From positions 1-59,580 of IMG/VR virus record IMGVR_UViG_3300037785_000020: a stretch of 59,580 bases of DNA. One strand, given 5' to 3'. Origin of the DNA: a virus (taxonomy: Duplodnaviria > Caudoviricetes). A program made the translations under genes and the position numbers. Shown here piece by piece: positions 28,495 through 36,925 of the stretch; position 1 is the first letter of the stretch, and every line of letters begins with the position of its first letter. The notes below the pieces were generated by a model that saw only the letters and a program-made list of their open reading frames with translations, searched no databases and was not told the DNA's origin.

Positions 28495-29168
28495 TATTCT
28501 CCCGGTCAACTTCCTTCGGAAGGTTGCCCTGCACCAAAGCTAACGCTTCGGAGCCGCAAGCCGGGTCTGCTAAATAAGTAATACCACTAGGCATGTCACG
28601 CCTCGGCCGAAGCCGGTACTACTCGTAATCTTTTCACCTACGCTCAGTTGTTTTTCATTGCCTTCCTAAATCAATCTACCTTAGGCGATGGTCTAAGCTT
28701 ACGCTGCATCTATTAAGGTTTCTTAACTTAAGTCGACTTAATGTTAACTAAGTCTTACTAAGCTACTCCCAGTTCCATTGTGCTCGTGCTAAATATTAGT
28801 TAGCCACTGCCCGCGATGGGGAACCCGCAAGTGCTCGGGTATAGGTCTTGGAACTCGTACTGTGCTGCCTACATGACAGAACCGGATACCTACGACATGA
28901 CCTATTCAGTATCCAGTTGTCCTAGCTTCCACTAGGGGGCGTCTATAGGAATGTTCTATCCACCGTAGCTAAGCCTTAGGTCTATTACTAGGTTTCCTAT
29001 AGATTTCACTGAGCAAGGCTACCCCCACCCAATGCCTAGGTCATTTCTGCCTAGGTACTCTCCCTTTCCCTTACATCATCTCCGACAATATCCTTTTCAG
29101 GAATACGGTACTCCGGGGTCCACAGGTTCATGTTGTCGTACGGGTGTGACAGTGCATGAACGATTAGA
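28495..29168 (-). ncRNA. Candidate large structured non-coding RNA (~680 nt)
   Basis: No ORF of 60 aa or more; dedicated perfect promoter; more than ten helices with GAAA and UUCG loops; G-U pairs favour the minus strand. Confidence 0.7.
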
Positions 29169-29174
29169 AACACC

Positions 29175-29203
29175 ATTATAACATAACTTAAAACTTATGT
29201 CAA
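29175..29203 (-). promoter_or_regulatory. sigma70 promoter driving the candidate ncRNA
   Basis: TTGACA-taagttttaagttatgt-TATAAT. Confidence 0.85.
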
Positions 29204-29834
29204 GAACTTTTTTAACTTTAGGAAAAAATAATTTATAAAAAATCAGGCTAAGTGCGGGGACCTACTACCTAAACACTGACTTTATACCGCTTTTACCCTA
29301 AAGTCAAGCAGAAATAGCTTTGCCGCCCGCTTTGGTAAGTTATTGATTTATAAGAAACACAACTATGCCTAGAAAAACCACCTAAACTTACATAATAGCC
29401 TTAGCCTATCAAAAACTTAACTACGATAGGCCGTCTTACCAACGGAACGATCATAGACCCACGGATTTTACCACTTCTTCCTGTGTATAAAACCCTTCAA
29501 AAGCTATTCTACAAATTAAGTATGTGAATTATACTACAACTATGAGTAGAATATCTAAGTATCTGATCTATATACCCCAATTTCAAAATTAACATTTTTT
29601 CTCGGTTGGGCATCCGCAACCATACACCCCCCATTGCCCCCCGCCTACCCCCATAACTGTGACATAAATACCACTGTCAAGCAAAAAGTTAATGCCCAGC
29701 CAGATAATTCCTGAGAAAAGTTTTACCTGTGACATATTTATCACACTACGTTAATTAATATTAACAACGTGTTAATACTACCCACGGTGGAGGCCTTGCT
29801 AAGTTATACCACCCACGGTATAGTATGGGCTATC

Positions 29835-29870
29835 TTAGGAAATATCCTAATGGATTAGGAAATATCTTAA
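29835..29870. repeat. Tandem palindromic operator-like sites
   Basis: TTAGGAAATATCCTAA-tgga-TTAGGAAATATCTTAA. Confidence 0.6.
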
Positions 29871-30165
29871 CACTTGAGGGGAAATAAATAAAAATTTGAC
29901 TTTGTGGCGGGGGTGTGGATTCAAAATGGGCTGAGCGGAGGTATTTTCTATGATAAAAACTATTGACAACGGCGGGAAAATATTGCATGCGCGCCTGCGT
30001 TATCTATTGATAAAGTGCAAGTTAAGGCGTGACTTAACTAGGGGCCTTATAATACCAAGCAAAGCTGAAACTTTTTTCAATTTAATTGCATTTTATGCTT
30101 TACAAAGTTTTTAAAATGGGTAAAGTGAAGATGTAAGCACAACACAACGCAAAAAGGAAAACACA

Positions 30166-30348
30166 ATGACTACTATCTTCTCAGTATTATTTACGGCGCT
30201 TTTCATCACTATTGCAACCGTGGGTACTATCGCTTTTCATACTTTTATCGGTACTGCATTAACTGTGGTAGTAGCTGTTACAAGTCCAGTGTGGGCCTTG
30301 CTTTTAATGCTGCCTATCCTTCACCTAACATCGACGCTAATCCATTAA
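30166..30348 (+). CDS. Small 2-TM early membrane protein
   Basis: AAAGGAAAACACA RBS; almost entirely hydrophobic. Confidence 0.65.
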   Translation: MTTIFSVLFTALFITIATVGTIAFHTFIGTALTVVVAVTSPVWALLLMLPILHLTSTLIH

Positions 30349-30367
30349 AACAAAGGAAAACAAAACA

Positions 30368-30529
30368 ATGTTTGAAGTCATAGAATATAATCACCGCCTA
30401 AAAACAGAGAGGGTTATTGAGGGTCATGAAAATGAAACTGATGCGCTACAATCAATTATAGAACATACACAAGGCCTGCCGCTTGATTGCGTGGAGTATA
30501 TCGCCTACAACTACAAAAGGAGTAACTAA
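30368..30529 (+). CDS. Hypothetical 53-aa early protein
   Basis: AAAGGAAAACAAAACA-ATG; MFEVIEYNHR... Confidence 0.6.
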   Translation: MFEVIEYNHRLKTERVIEGHENETDALQSIIEHTQGLPLDCVEYIAYNYKRSN

Positions 30530-30531
30530 AA

Positions 30532-30720
30532 ATGCGACACTTCAAAGAAACACAAGGGAAAAACCCTTATATCATTAGTGAGAGTAAACCTATCACGAAG
30601 CCAGTGCATGACTATAGAAAAGACTTTGCAAAGCTACTTGATACAGCTTGTAACTATATGCTAGTTGTGTCATTGCTAGGGCTAGCTACTATTTTAACCT
30701 ATCAATATTTTATCAGATAA
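30532..30720 (+). CDS. Small early protein with C-terminal TM helix
   Basis: AAGGAG RBS. Confidence 0.6.
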   Translation: MRHFKETQGKNPYIISESKPITKPVHDYRKDFAKLLDTACNYMLVVSLLGLATILTYQYFIR

Positions 30721-30749
30721 CATTAAACTAAATTAAAGGAGTATTAACC

Positions 30750-31000
30750 ATGAAAAACTATAACTTAGCAGCAAGCGGCTTGCATAGTCACAGCGCGCCA
30801 CATAAGTCACTATTGATCGTCATGCAATTAAAGCTTGCCTAGGTAAAGAATATCACAAGGGCGGCGCACTATCACCTACCCCGAAACGATATAAACAGGC
30901 TGAAAAGCTTTATAAACGCTTAGCAGAGCGTGAGGGATTACTGCCGCATGAATTGCAAGCTATTGTCTGGTGCACCTATAAAAGGATTAACGCAGTATGA
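30750..31000 (+). pseudogene. Frameshifted/deleted remnant of an HhH-GPD glycosylase-like phage protein
   Basis: Strong RBS and ATG give 30 aa; the -1 frame 30806-31000 reads VTIDRHA...LQAIVW with a stop just before it. Confidence 0.55.
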
Positions 31001-31209
31001 TTAAGTTTTTCGAGCTTAGAGAGCAAAGCGTTACCGCTTACCGTGCAAAGGTTGGGGCTAGTCCCTGCCGATACTGCGGGGAAGCTGTAGACGATACCAA
31101 CGGCAAGTTAACAGGTGAGGCGTGGGGCTATGTTATACCTGCGCATCACACTTGCTTTAGTGCAGCACCTCATCCAATTATCAGGAGCAAAACCAATGTT
31201 AGAAATTGA
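30997..31209 (+). CDS. Small Cys/His zinc-binding protein
   Basis: CRYC...HHTC; ATGA coupling to the upstream stop. Confidence 0.55.
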   Translation: MIKFFELREQSVTAYRAKVGASPCRYCGEAVDDTNGKLTGEAWGYVIPAHHTCFSAAPHPIIRSKTNVRN

Positions 31210-31354
31210 ATTAACTAATGCACAAGCTGAAACGCTACGCATCACGTTGTATGGGTACCTAAACTCGCTCAACTTTGAAGAGTTAGAACCAGCAGCCCGG
31301 CACGTTATTGACGGTGATTTATCACAAATATTGAACCAATTAGAGGGAGAGTAA
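31196..31354 (+). CDS. Hypothetical early protein
   Basis: AGGAG RBS before ATG at 31196 (MLEIELTN...). Confidence 0.6.
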   Translation: MLEIELTNAQAETLRITLYGYLNSLNFEELEPAARHVIDGDLSQILNQLEGE

Positions 31355-31535
31355 TTCACATGTTAATTATAATTATAATATTCTGGTTTATATGGCCTTG
31401 GCTATGGCCTTTATGGTTATTATTACTTATAGTAATGTTAGCTGATGGTTAGGCAATAACCTTATATAAAACAACTATAACTTATTTAACCCTTAGATAA
31501 CAAAACCTTAAGACTTAACTTAGGAGGTTGAGAAA

Positions 31536-31727
31536 ATGACTTTAGTAGAAAACAGTAGTCCTATTTGGGGCGTACTAATACAAAATATCTTAGATGATGC
31601 AACCTTAGGAGAAAATGGGAAGTATGAAGCTATCTTTAACTTAGAAGCGCCAGAGGATATAATCAAAGACACCTTAGGTACGGACTATAGAGAATATGTT
31701 TGGTGGACTTATATCAACCTTAAATAA
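31536..31727 (+). CDS. Hypothetical protein
   Basis: AGGAGGT RBS. Confidence 0.6.
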   Translation: MTLVENSSPIWGVLIQNILDDATLGENGKYEAIFNLEAPEDIIKDTLGTDYREYVWWTYINLK

Positions 31728-31937
31728 AGGCTTAGAAGATGAAAGATTATGATTTTAGATTTAACGAACCCGCCGAAGATTGGCAGGACGTAGAGAGAGA
31801 CTTAGCACTGGACATACCTACACTTGATAGGCGATATATCCACAATGTTATACAACCATTAGATGAAACAGAATTTTACTCAGATTAGGTTTGGCACGGG
31901 CTGGCGAGAGCCAGCTTATGCCATGGTGCGAAGCAAC

Positions 31938-31954
31938 TTGGCACGGTTCTTGCT
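31938..31954 (+). promoter_or_regulatory. sigma54 (-24/-12) promoter consensus
   Basis: TTGGCACGGTTCTTGCT: GG-N10-GC with a full TGGCAC-N5-TTGC match. Confidence 0.6.
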
Positions 31955-32090
31955 ATTACCTAAGGTAATATATAGACTAAGATAATAATTATAACTTACC
32001 TTAGGTAATGATATATACTTTACCTTAGATAAAGCCTTAGGTAATATTTAATAAACTTACCTTAGGGAGGCTTACCTAAGTTAAGGCTTA
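31955..32090. repeat. Cluster of TTACCTWAGGTAA-type palindromic repeats, candidate replication origin
   Basis: About six full or partial copies in AT-rich non-coding DNA upstream of primase. Confidence 0.6.
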
Positions 32091-32238
32091 GAGAGGAGAA
32101 AAATCTTATGTTAGAAAATTTAAACGGGGAGAGCTTTTATACCTACTTAGGTAGTCTGTTATACCTAAAGGGTGACTTGGCTCTCCTAGGTACCTTAAAA
32201 TCAATCCTAAGGCTATCCTATGGGTATTCGGAGGGTGT

Positions 32239-33021
32239 ATGTTAGCTGATTTGATAAAAGAGGTACCTGAGGGTGCTACTAGATACTTTACCTGCCCTGA
32301 GTGTGGCTCGCCTAAGAAGTCTTTTGGTATTACGGTAGTGGATGACTCAGCTAAGTTTGGTTGCTTTAGGGCTAGTTGTGGTTATAGGGGTGTTGTACCA
32401 CTTAAGGCTGATCTTACCCGCTTAGAGGGTAGAATCACCTCCCCGCCAAGCCTGAGACAAGTCGCGGGGGAGAAGACTACTTCTTTTGAAGTACCTAAGG
32501 AATGGCTTAGGGGTGCTGCTACTGCTGATGCCTATTCTATGCTTAGTCGGTACCATTGTCTACCTGCCTACAGGAACAAGCTATTCACCTGCTATTATGA
32601 CTTAGCTCAGGAACGCTTAGTAATACTGGTTAAAGACCTTAACGGGAAGGTAACTGGTGGCGTAGGAAGGTTAGTTATACCTAAGAAGGGACAACCTAAG
32701 GTTTATAATTATGGTGATGTTTCTATCCCTTTTAGGTGTGGTAATTCACCTACGGCGGTCATAGTGGAGGATTGCTTTAGTGCCATTGCCTGCGCAAATT
32801 ATAACTTGACAGGGGTAGCCTTGTTAGGTACAAATATTAAGGAGGGGTACTGGCCTTACTTTGATACCTATAGCAAGCTTTATGTTGCCTTAGATAAGGA
32901 TGCAAGGGCTAAGTCGATCAAGTTATGGGGGCAAATGAAAAGCCGTGGCTACGATGCAGATATAATCTTCTTAGAAGAGGATATTAAGAATAACCCAGAA
33001 CAGCTAAAGGATCTAACATGA
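32239..33021 (+). CDS. DNA primase (zinc finger + TOPRIM)
   Basis: CPEC...CFRASC, VIVED..SA, ALLGT, VALDKDA. Confidence 0.9.
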   Translation: MLADLIKEVPEGATRYFTCPECGSPKKSFGITVVDDSAKFGCFRASCGYRGVVPLKADLTRLEGRITSPPSLRQVAGEKTTSFEVPKEWLRGAATADAYSMLSRYHCLPAYRNKLFTCYYDLAQERLVILVKDLNGKVTGGVGRLVIPKKGQPKVYNYGDVSIPFRCGNSPTAVIVEDCFSAIACANYNLTGVALLGTNIKEGYWPYFDTYSKLYVALDKDARAKSIKLWGQMKSRGYDADIIFLEEDIKNNPEQLKDLT

Positions 33022-33212
33022 TAGCACTGGTAGGCACAGGATTAGTAATCTTTTTAATAACACTTTTAGATGAGGGCGTATGAGCTTAGAGCAGAAACTA
33101 CAGAAGATTAAAGACGCCATTGGGCACCTGATTATGTATGACTTGACACACACAGACGATGAGGGTAACAGATTTATAGACCCAATCGGGCAAGAACTAT
33201 TGGAGATTATCA

Positions 33213-33500
33213 ATGACTAAAGAGTATATTATTATCTATCAGAATAACGATGTCTGGTCTGAGGCTAACTTTATGACTTATCAGGAGGAGGCTTTTACTG
33301 ATCTTAGTGAAGCGCAGGAACTAGCAGCAGATACCGAGGATGCTATTATGATTTTAGCTATTGACAAAGGTAATGTTAGTGTGGTAACCTCACAAGAGAA
33401 GTTAGATAAGATTCGTGATGAGTTGGAAGCAGACCGTATAGCTGAGGCTAAGCATATCCAGTCCGAGTCGTTAACTAGTATATTTGTAGATATGGGATAA
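33213..33500 (+). CDS. Hypothetical acidic protein
   Basis: GGAG RBS, 95 aa. Confidence 0.6.
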   Translation: MTKEYIIIYQNNDVWSEANFMTYQEEAFTDLSEAQELAADTEDAIMILAIDKGNVSVVTSQEKLDKIRDELEADRIAEAKHIQSESLTSIFVDMG

Positions 33501-33502
33501 TA

Positions 33503-33982
33503 ATGACAAAAGACAAGATACAAAAACCCCCATCTGATAACTATGATTTCAGCATGGGGCCTAAAGATGCACCAGAGGGCCAAGCTTATTTTAAAGACGA
33601 AGCGCGCAAGGCGTTTGAAGATTGGTTGGTTTCACTAGGTGCGGCTGGAATAGTAAAAGCTAAAATGGAAGATCATTTCAAAGCAGGCCGCGAATCCAGA
33701 CAGCCGGAAGTCGAAGACCTGCGAAGCAGTCTTGACGACCAGTTGCTACATGCGAAGCATTTGCAACAGGAGATTGATAGGCTATCTTCAGAGTTAGCGG
33801 AGCTAACTAAGAAGAATAACAGCATTTCTGAAAGAAATGACTGTATGCGGGAGGTTTTGGCCGATGTTGACCAATTACTTTATGAGGCAATCGTATTGAG
33901 TAGCGCAGAGCAAGCTCATGATTCAATTACTGACCGTCTAAAGAAAGTCAAACAAGCCCTAAACCAAGGAGAAAACCGATGA
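33503..33982 (+). CDS. Hypothetical coiled-coil protein
   Basis: 159 aa, coupled to neighbours. Confidence 0.6.
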   Translation: MTKDKIQKPPSDNYDFSMGPKDAPEGQAYFKDEARKAFEDWLVSLGAAGIVKAKMEDHFKAGRESRQPEVEDLRSSLDDQLLHAKHLQQEIDRLSSELAELTKKNNSISERNDCMREVLADVDQLLYEAIVLSSAEQAHDSITDRLKKVKQALNQGENR

Positions 33983-34425
33983 ATAAGCAAGAAGCACTAG
34001 AGAAGATTAAAGAACTGCAAGCCTATATTAAGCAATGCGACAAAGAGCAGGGGAATGGCACAGGGGTTTTTGTGTGTAATGACCCTGCTAAGACAATGTG
34101 GATAGTGGAGCAAGGTGGCGAAGGCAAATGGCAAACGATAAACGTTGACGGCAGCGCCTACGAAGCTGACTATCCCGCCTTCCGCACCAAAGAACACGCC
34201 GAAGCATGGGCAGAGTTTAACGAAACTATGATGATGTTGCGTAATCAGCCGGGAGCTGGGTTGGGAGAAGTAAAAAATGCTGTATGGGGAACGTGTAGGG
34301 CTGGGCATAATATTCGTTTTTGCTGTTTTCCTGACGAGGCTAGCTTTATTAGTGCCAGAAGTGCAGTCACCCAAGAACGTCTCAACCGCGCCGCTGACAT
34401 TCTCATGTGCGGAGGACTGCAATGA
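33979..34425 (+). CDS. Hypothetical protein
   Basis: AAGGAG RBS; FRTKEHAE motif. Confidence 0.6.
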   Translation: MNKQEALEKIKELQAYIKQCDKEQGNGTGVFVCNDPAKTMWIVEQGGEGKWQTINVDGSAYEADYPAFRTKEHAEAWAEFNETMMMLRNQPGAGLGEVKNAVWGTCRAGHNIRFCCFPDEASFISARSAVTQERLNRAADILMCGGLQ

Positions 34426-34561
34426 AATTGCTCCCCGAACCTGAGTATATACACCGCCGCCCTCAAACAATAACAATACCGCTGTTAAAATGGGTGGAGA
34501 GCTCTGAAGGGCGAACAGACAAACGGCTGCTAACCGAAAACGCAGGAACAGTTATTAGGGA

Positions 34562-34945
34562 ATGTCCCAGAAAGAAAGACCAATGAGCATTGACCTGTTA
34601 GCCTGCGCCTATGTCATCCAGCGCTTAGCCAATACCACACTGGACTATTGCGAGGATGATATTCACCTAGCCAGCCCAAAGGTGACAGAATCGCGGGGCT
34701 GTGGTGATTGTGAGGACTTGGCGCTATGGCGCTATGTGAAGATGAAAGAGGCGTGTGACTCAGAGAACCAGATGCAGATCAGTGCTTTTATAGATGAAGG
34801 CCATGTTGCGTTAGAGTTCTGCGATAGTTGGCAACGCTGCTACCGCATGGAGCATGGGCGTAACGATATATTCAGGATTGATGGGCTATCAAATGTGTTT
34901 TTTAATCCAGATGATAAACAACTTTATGAGAGGATTTACCAATGA
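34562..34945 (+). CDS. Transglutaminase-like cysteine protease (BTLCP/LapG family)
   Basis: Y..D....SP..T..RGCGDCEDLA..Y and GHVAL motifs. Confidence 0.65.
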   Translation: MSQKERPMSIDLLACAYVIQRLANTTLDYCEDDIHLASPKVTESRGCGDCEDLALWRYVKMKEACDSENQMQISAFIDEGHVALEFCDSWQRCYRMEHGRNDIFRIDGLSNVFFNPDDKQLYERIYQ

Positions 34946-35166
34946 TTAAACTACTAACAATCGCAGCGGTATTAGTGCCGCTATCTGCCAGTGCTCAGTT
35001 TACAGACCACTTTGCAAACTGGCGTCAGGCAACACAGGCAAACCAAGCCAAATATAGCGCTATAGAAAGCGCCAGAGCGGCAAAGCGTGAGGCTATGTAT
35101 AGCAACCGTAAGCCAAGCAACAGCAAACATCGTGCAGCTAGTCGGCGTGTGACGGGGAGGAAGTGA
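34942..35166 (+). CDS. Small secreted basic protein
   Basis: Signal peptide ending ASA-Q. Confidence 0.55.
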   Translation: MIKLLTIAAVLVPLSASAQFTDHFANWRQATQANQAKYSAIESARAAKREAMYSNRKPSNSKHRAASRRVTGRK

Positions 35167-35591
35167 TGAGTGATAAGATTAAAGTTACAGTAGAGAAAAT
35201 CAACGGCGCGGAATATACGGTTGTTTGGCATGAAGATACTGAGCTGGGGTACTGGCACCCAACATATATGGGCGGCCATGAAAAGTATTTGGCGCATGTA
35301 AATATACGCGGGTGCGACAAAGATAACCAATGCCGATTACGCCACATAGCAACCGCCCTCCCCGCCCTGCCGCGATATCCGAAGCCAAAAGACATAATGA
35401 AGTATTACGAGCATGATTTAATTATTTATGGTGAGAGTGAAACCGGCGATGAAGGCATCGTAGTCGCTAGCACCGTAAATGATGATTGCTGGTTGTCCAC
35501 GGAAGGAGAGCTTTTCCCTGACGGTATGTTTAAAGTCACCCACGCCAACATGAACGGCGAACGGTGCGAGATTGCGATAAAGGAGATGTGA
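35163..35591 (+). CDS. Hypothetical protein
   Basis: GGAGG RBS, 142 aa. Confidence 0.6.
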   Translation: MMSDKIKVTVEKINGAEYTVVWHEDTELGYWHPTYMGGHEKYLAHVNIRGCDKDNQCRLRHIATALPALPRYPKPKDIMKYYEHDLIIYGESETGDEGIVVASTVNDDCWLSTEGELFPDGMFKVTHANMNGERCEIAIKEM

Positions 35592-35665
35592 TGATATTTT
35601 CTTGGCAAGTAAAAGAATGGCTCGGCGCACCTCCGGCCCGCCCGAATATTAAAAGGACAAAACCA

Positions 35666-35890
35666 ATGACCAATAACGACAAAGAACAGCTATGCCTTTA
35701 TCGAACATGGACAGAAAAAATCAACGGGCAACCGCAAAAAATGCAAGCTTGTTACCCTCATAATGGTGGGGGTGCGAATATAAGCTGTAGTCTGGACGGC
35801 AAAGAGCTATCCGTTGGCGAAAACATAAAAGGCTTTCTGGACGGGAAAACCTACCAAGTAGTTAAATGCAAATATCCGAGGTGTGTATGA
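35666..35890 (+). CDS. Hypothetical protein (MTNNDKE...)
   Basis: AAAGGA RBS before ATG at 35666. Confidence 0.55.
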   Translation: MTNNDKEQLCLYRTWTEKINGQPQKMQACYPHNGGGANISCSLDGKELSVGENIKGFLDGKTYQVVKCKYPRCV

Positions 35891-36387
35891 TTAATAACGA
35901 CAAAGAACACACACAAGATGCTAACGCATCGAGTGTTAAGGATTCGTTGCGTAGCAACTCATCCGAGTTGGAGCGGGTGGCTAGGGATATCACAGGCTGC
36001 AGTATCGAGGATGGCGAGTGCTTAGGCGTTCCAACGGCTACAGTTGACCACTACACGGCAGCAAAAGCCGCGATTGATGCTCACGAATCCCACCTCGCAA
36101 AGGAAAACGAGCAGTTGAAGGCTGCACTAGAAGCGGAGTCATCAGGACGTGAGGCAGCTTGGGATGAGTATTGCAAAGAGAAAGAGCGCCGCAAAAAGGC
36201 TGAGGCAGAAATTGAGGAGTTGGTGGAGGCTTTAGCAAGCGTAAAGTGTGATATGTATGACAGCACCCCTTTATGCGGGGAGGTATGTGAAGAAGTTGAG
36301 CAAGCCCTAGCCAAGCACCGGAAACCCAACCGCGAACCCGTTAAATATACGGACGGAACTGTTAGCCGTGAATTGCGGGAGGAGTAA
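35887..36387 (+). CDS. Hypothetical coiled-coil protein (MINNDKE...)
   Basis: GAGGTG RBS before ATG at 35887. Confidence 0.6.
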   Translation: MINNDKEHTQDANASSVKDSLRSNSSELERVARDITGCSIEDGECLGVPTATVDHYTAAKAAIDAHESHLAKENEQLKAALEAESSGREAAWDEYCKEKERRKKAEAEIEELVEALASVKCDMYDSTPLCGEVCEEVEQALAKHRKPNREPVKYTDGTVSRELREE

Positions 36388-36642
36388 TTATCTACGGTAA
36401 GTTTCAGGTGGACAAAGGGTAGCAGAACAGCTACTCTGGGACTTCCACCAAGTACCCTGCTCTTTACCAGTGTACAATTTAGCTAAAGAAAAGGATTGAC
36501 TTGGTTGAGTACAAGATGTTAGGATGAGTAGTGATAAGGCCGTCAGTAATCGCATAGGTATCTCCGATATTTGTGTGTATTATCTTACCGCCGAAACTAC
36601 CTGTCAACTGTTAATATTACAACTTAGATATGAGGAAATAAC

Positions 36643-36915
36643 ATGGTTAAGAAAACAAATAAAGACTACGAAAATAGTAATGTAACTGTAGAAGAGTTAC
36701 CCGGCGGGGAGAATGTACGAATTAACTACTCCCGCTCTATGTCACTAGGCTTTGGTGCTTTTAGTGCTCAACTTAGCTACGCAGCAGACTTCCCTGTTGG
36801 AGAACTGGAGGATAAGATTCCTCAGGTTGTCAAATATGTAAACGCTAAGGTAGCAAACGAGGTCAAAACTCAGATCGACAATGCACCTGAATGGGTTAAA
36901 GCAAACCGTAAATAG
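36643..36915 (+). CDS. Hypothetical protein
   Basis: GAGGA RBS, 90 aa. Confidence 0.65.
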   Translation: MVKKTNKDYENSNVTVEELPGGENVRINYSRSMSLGFGAFSAQLSYAADFPVGELEDKIPQVVKYVNAKVANEVKTQIDNAPEWVKANRK

Positions 36916-36925
36916 GGGCTACATT

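Noticed and set aside
28495-29168. tRNA cluster, tmRNA or self-splicing intron as the explanation for the structured region
   Set aside because: No T-loop/CCA cloverleaf, tag reading frame or interrupted host gene recognised; not formally excluded without covariance models
29281-29307. Additional minus-strand promoter TTGACT...TATAAA
   Set aside because: Spacer is only 15 nt
31955-32090. Possible CRISPR mini-array
   Set aside because: Repeats are short and degenerate with irregular AT-rich spacing; the Cas4-like gene is an ordinary phage exonuclease
36528-36600. Hammerhead ribozyme suggested by CGAAAC
   Set aside because: No CUGANGA core and no NUH cleavage triplet in position
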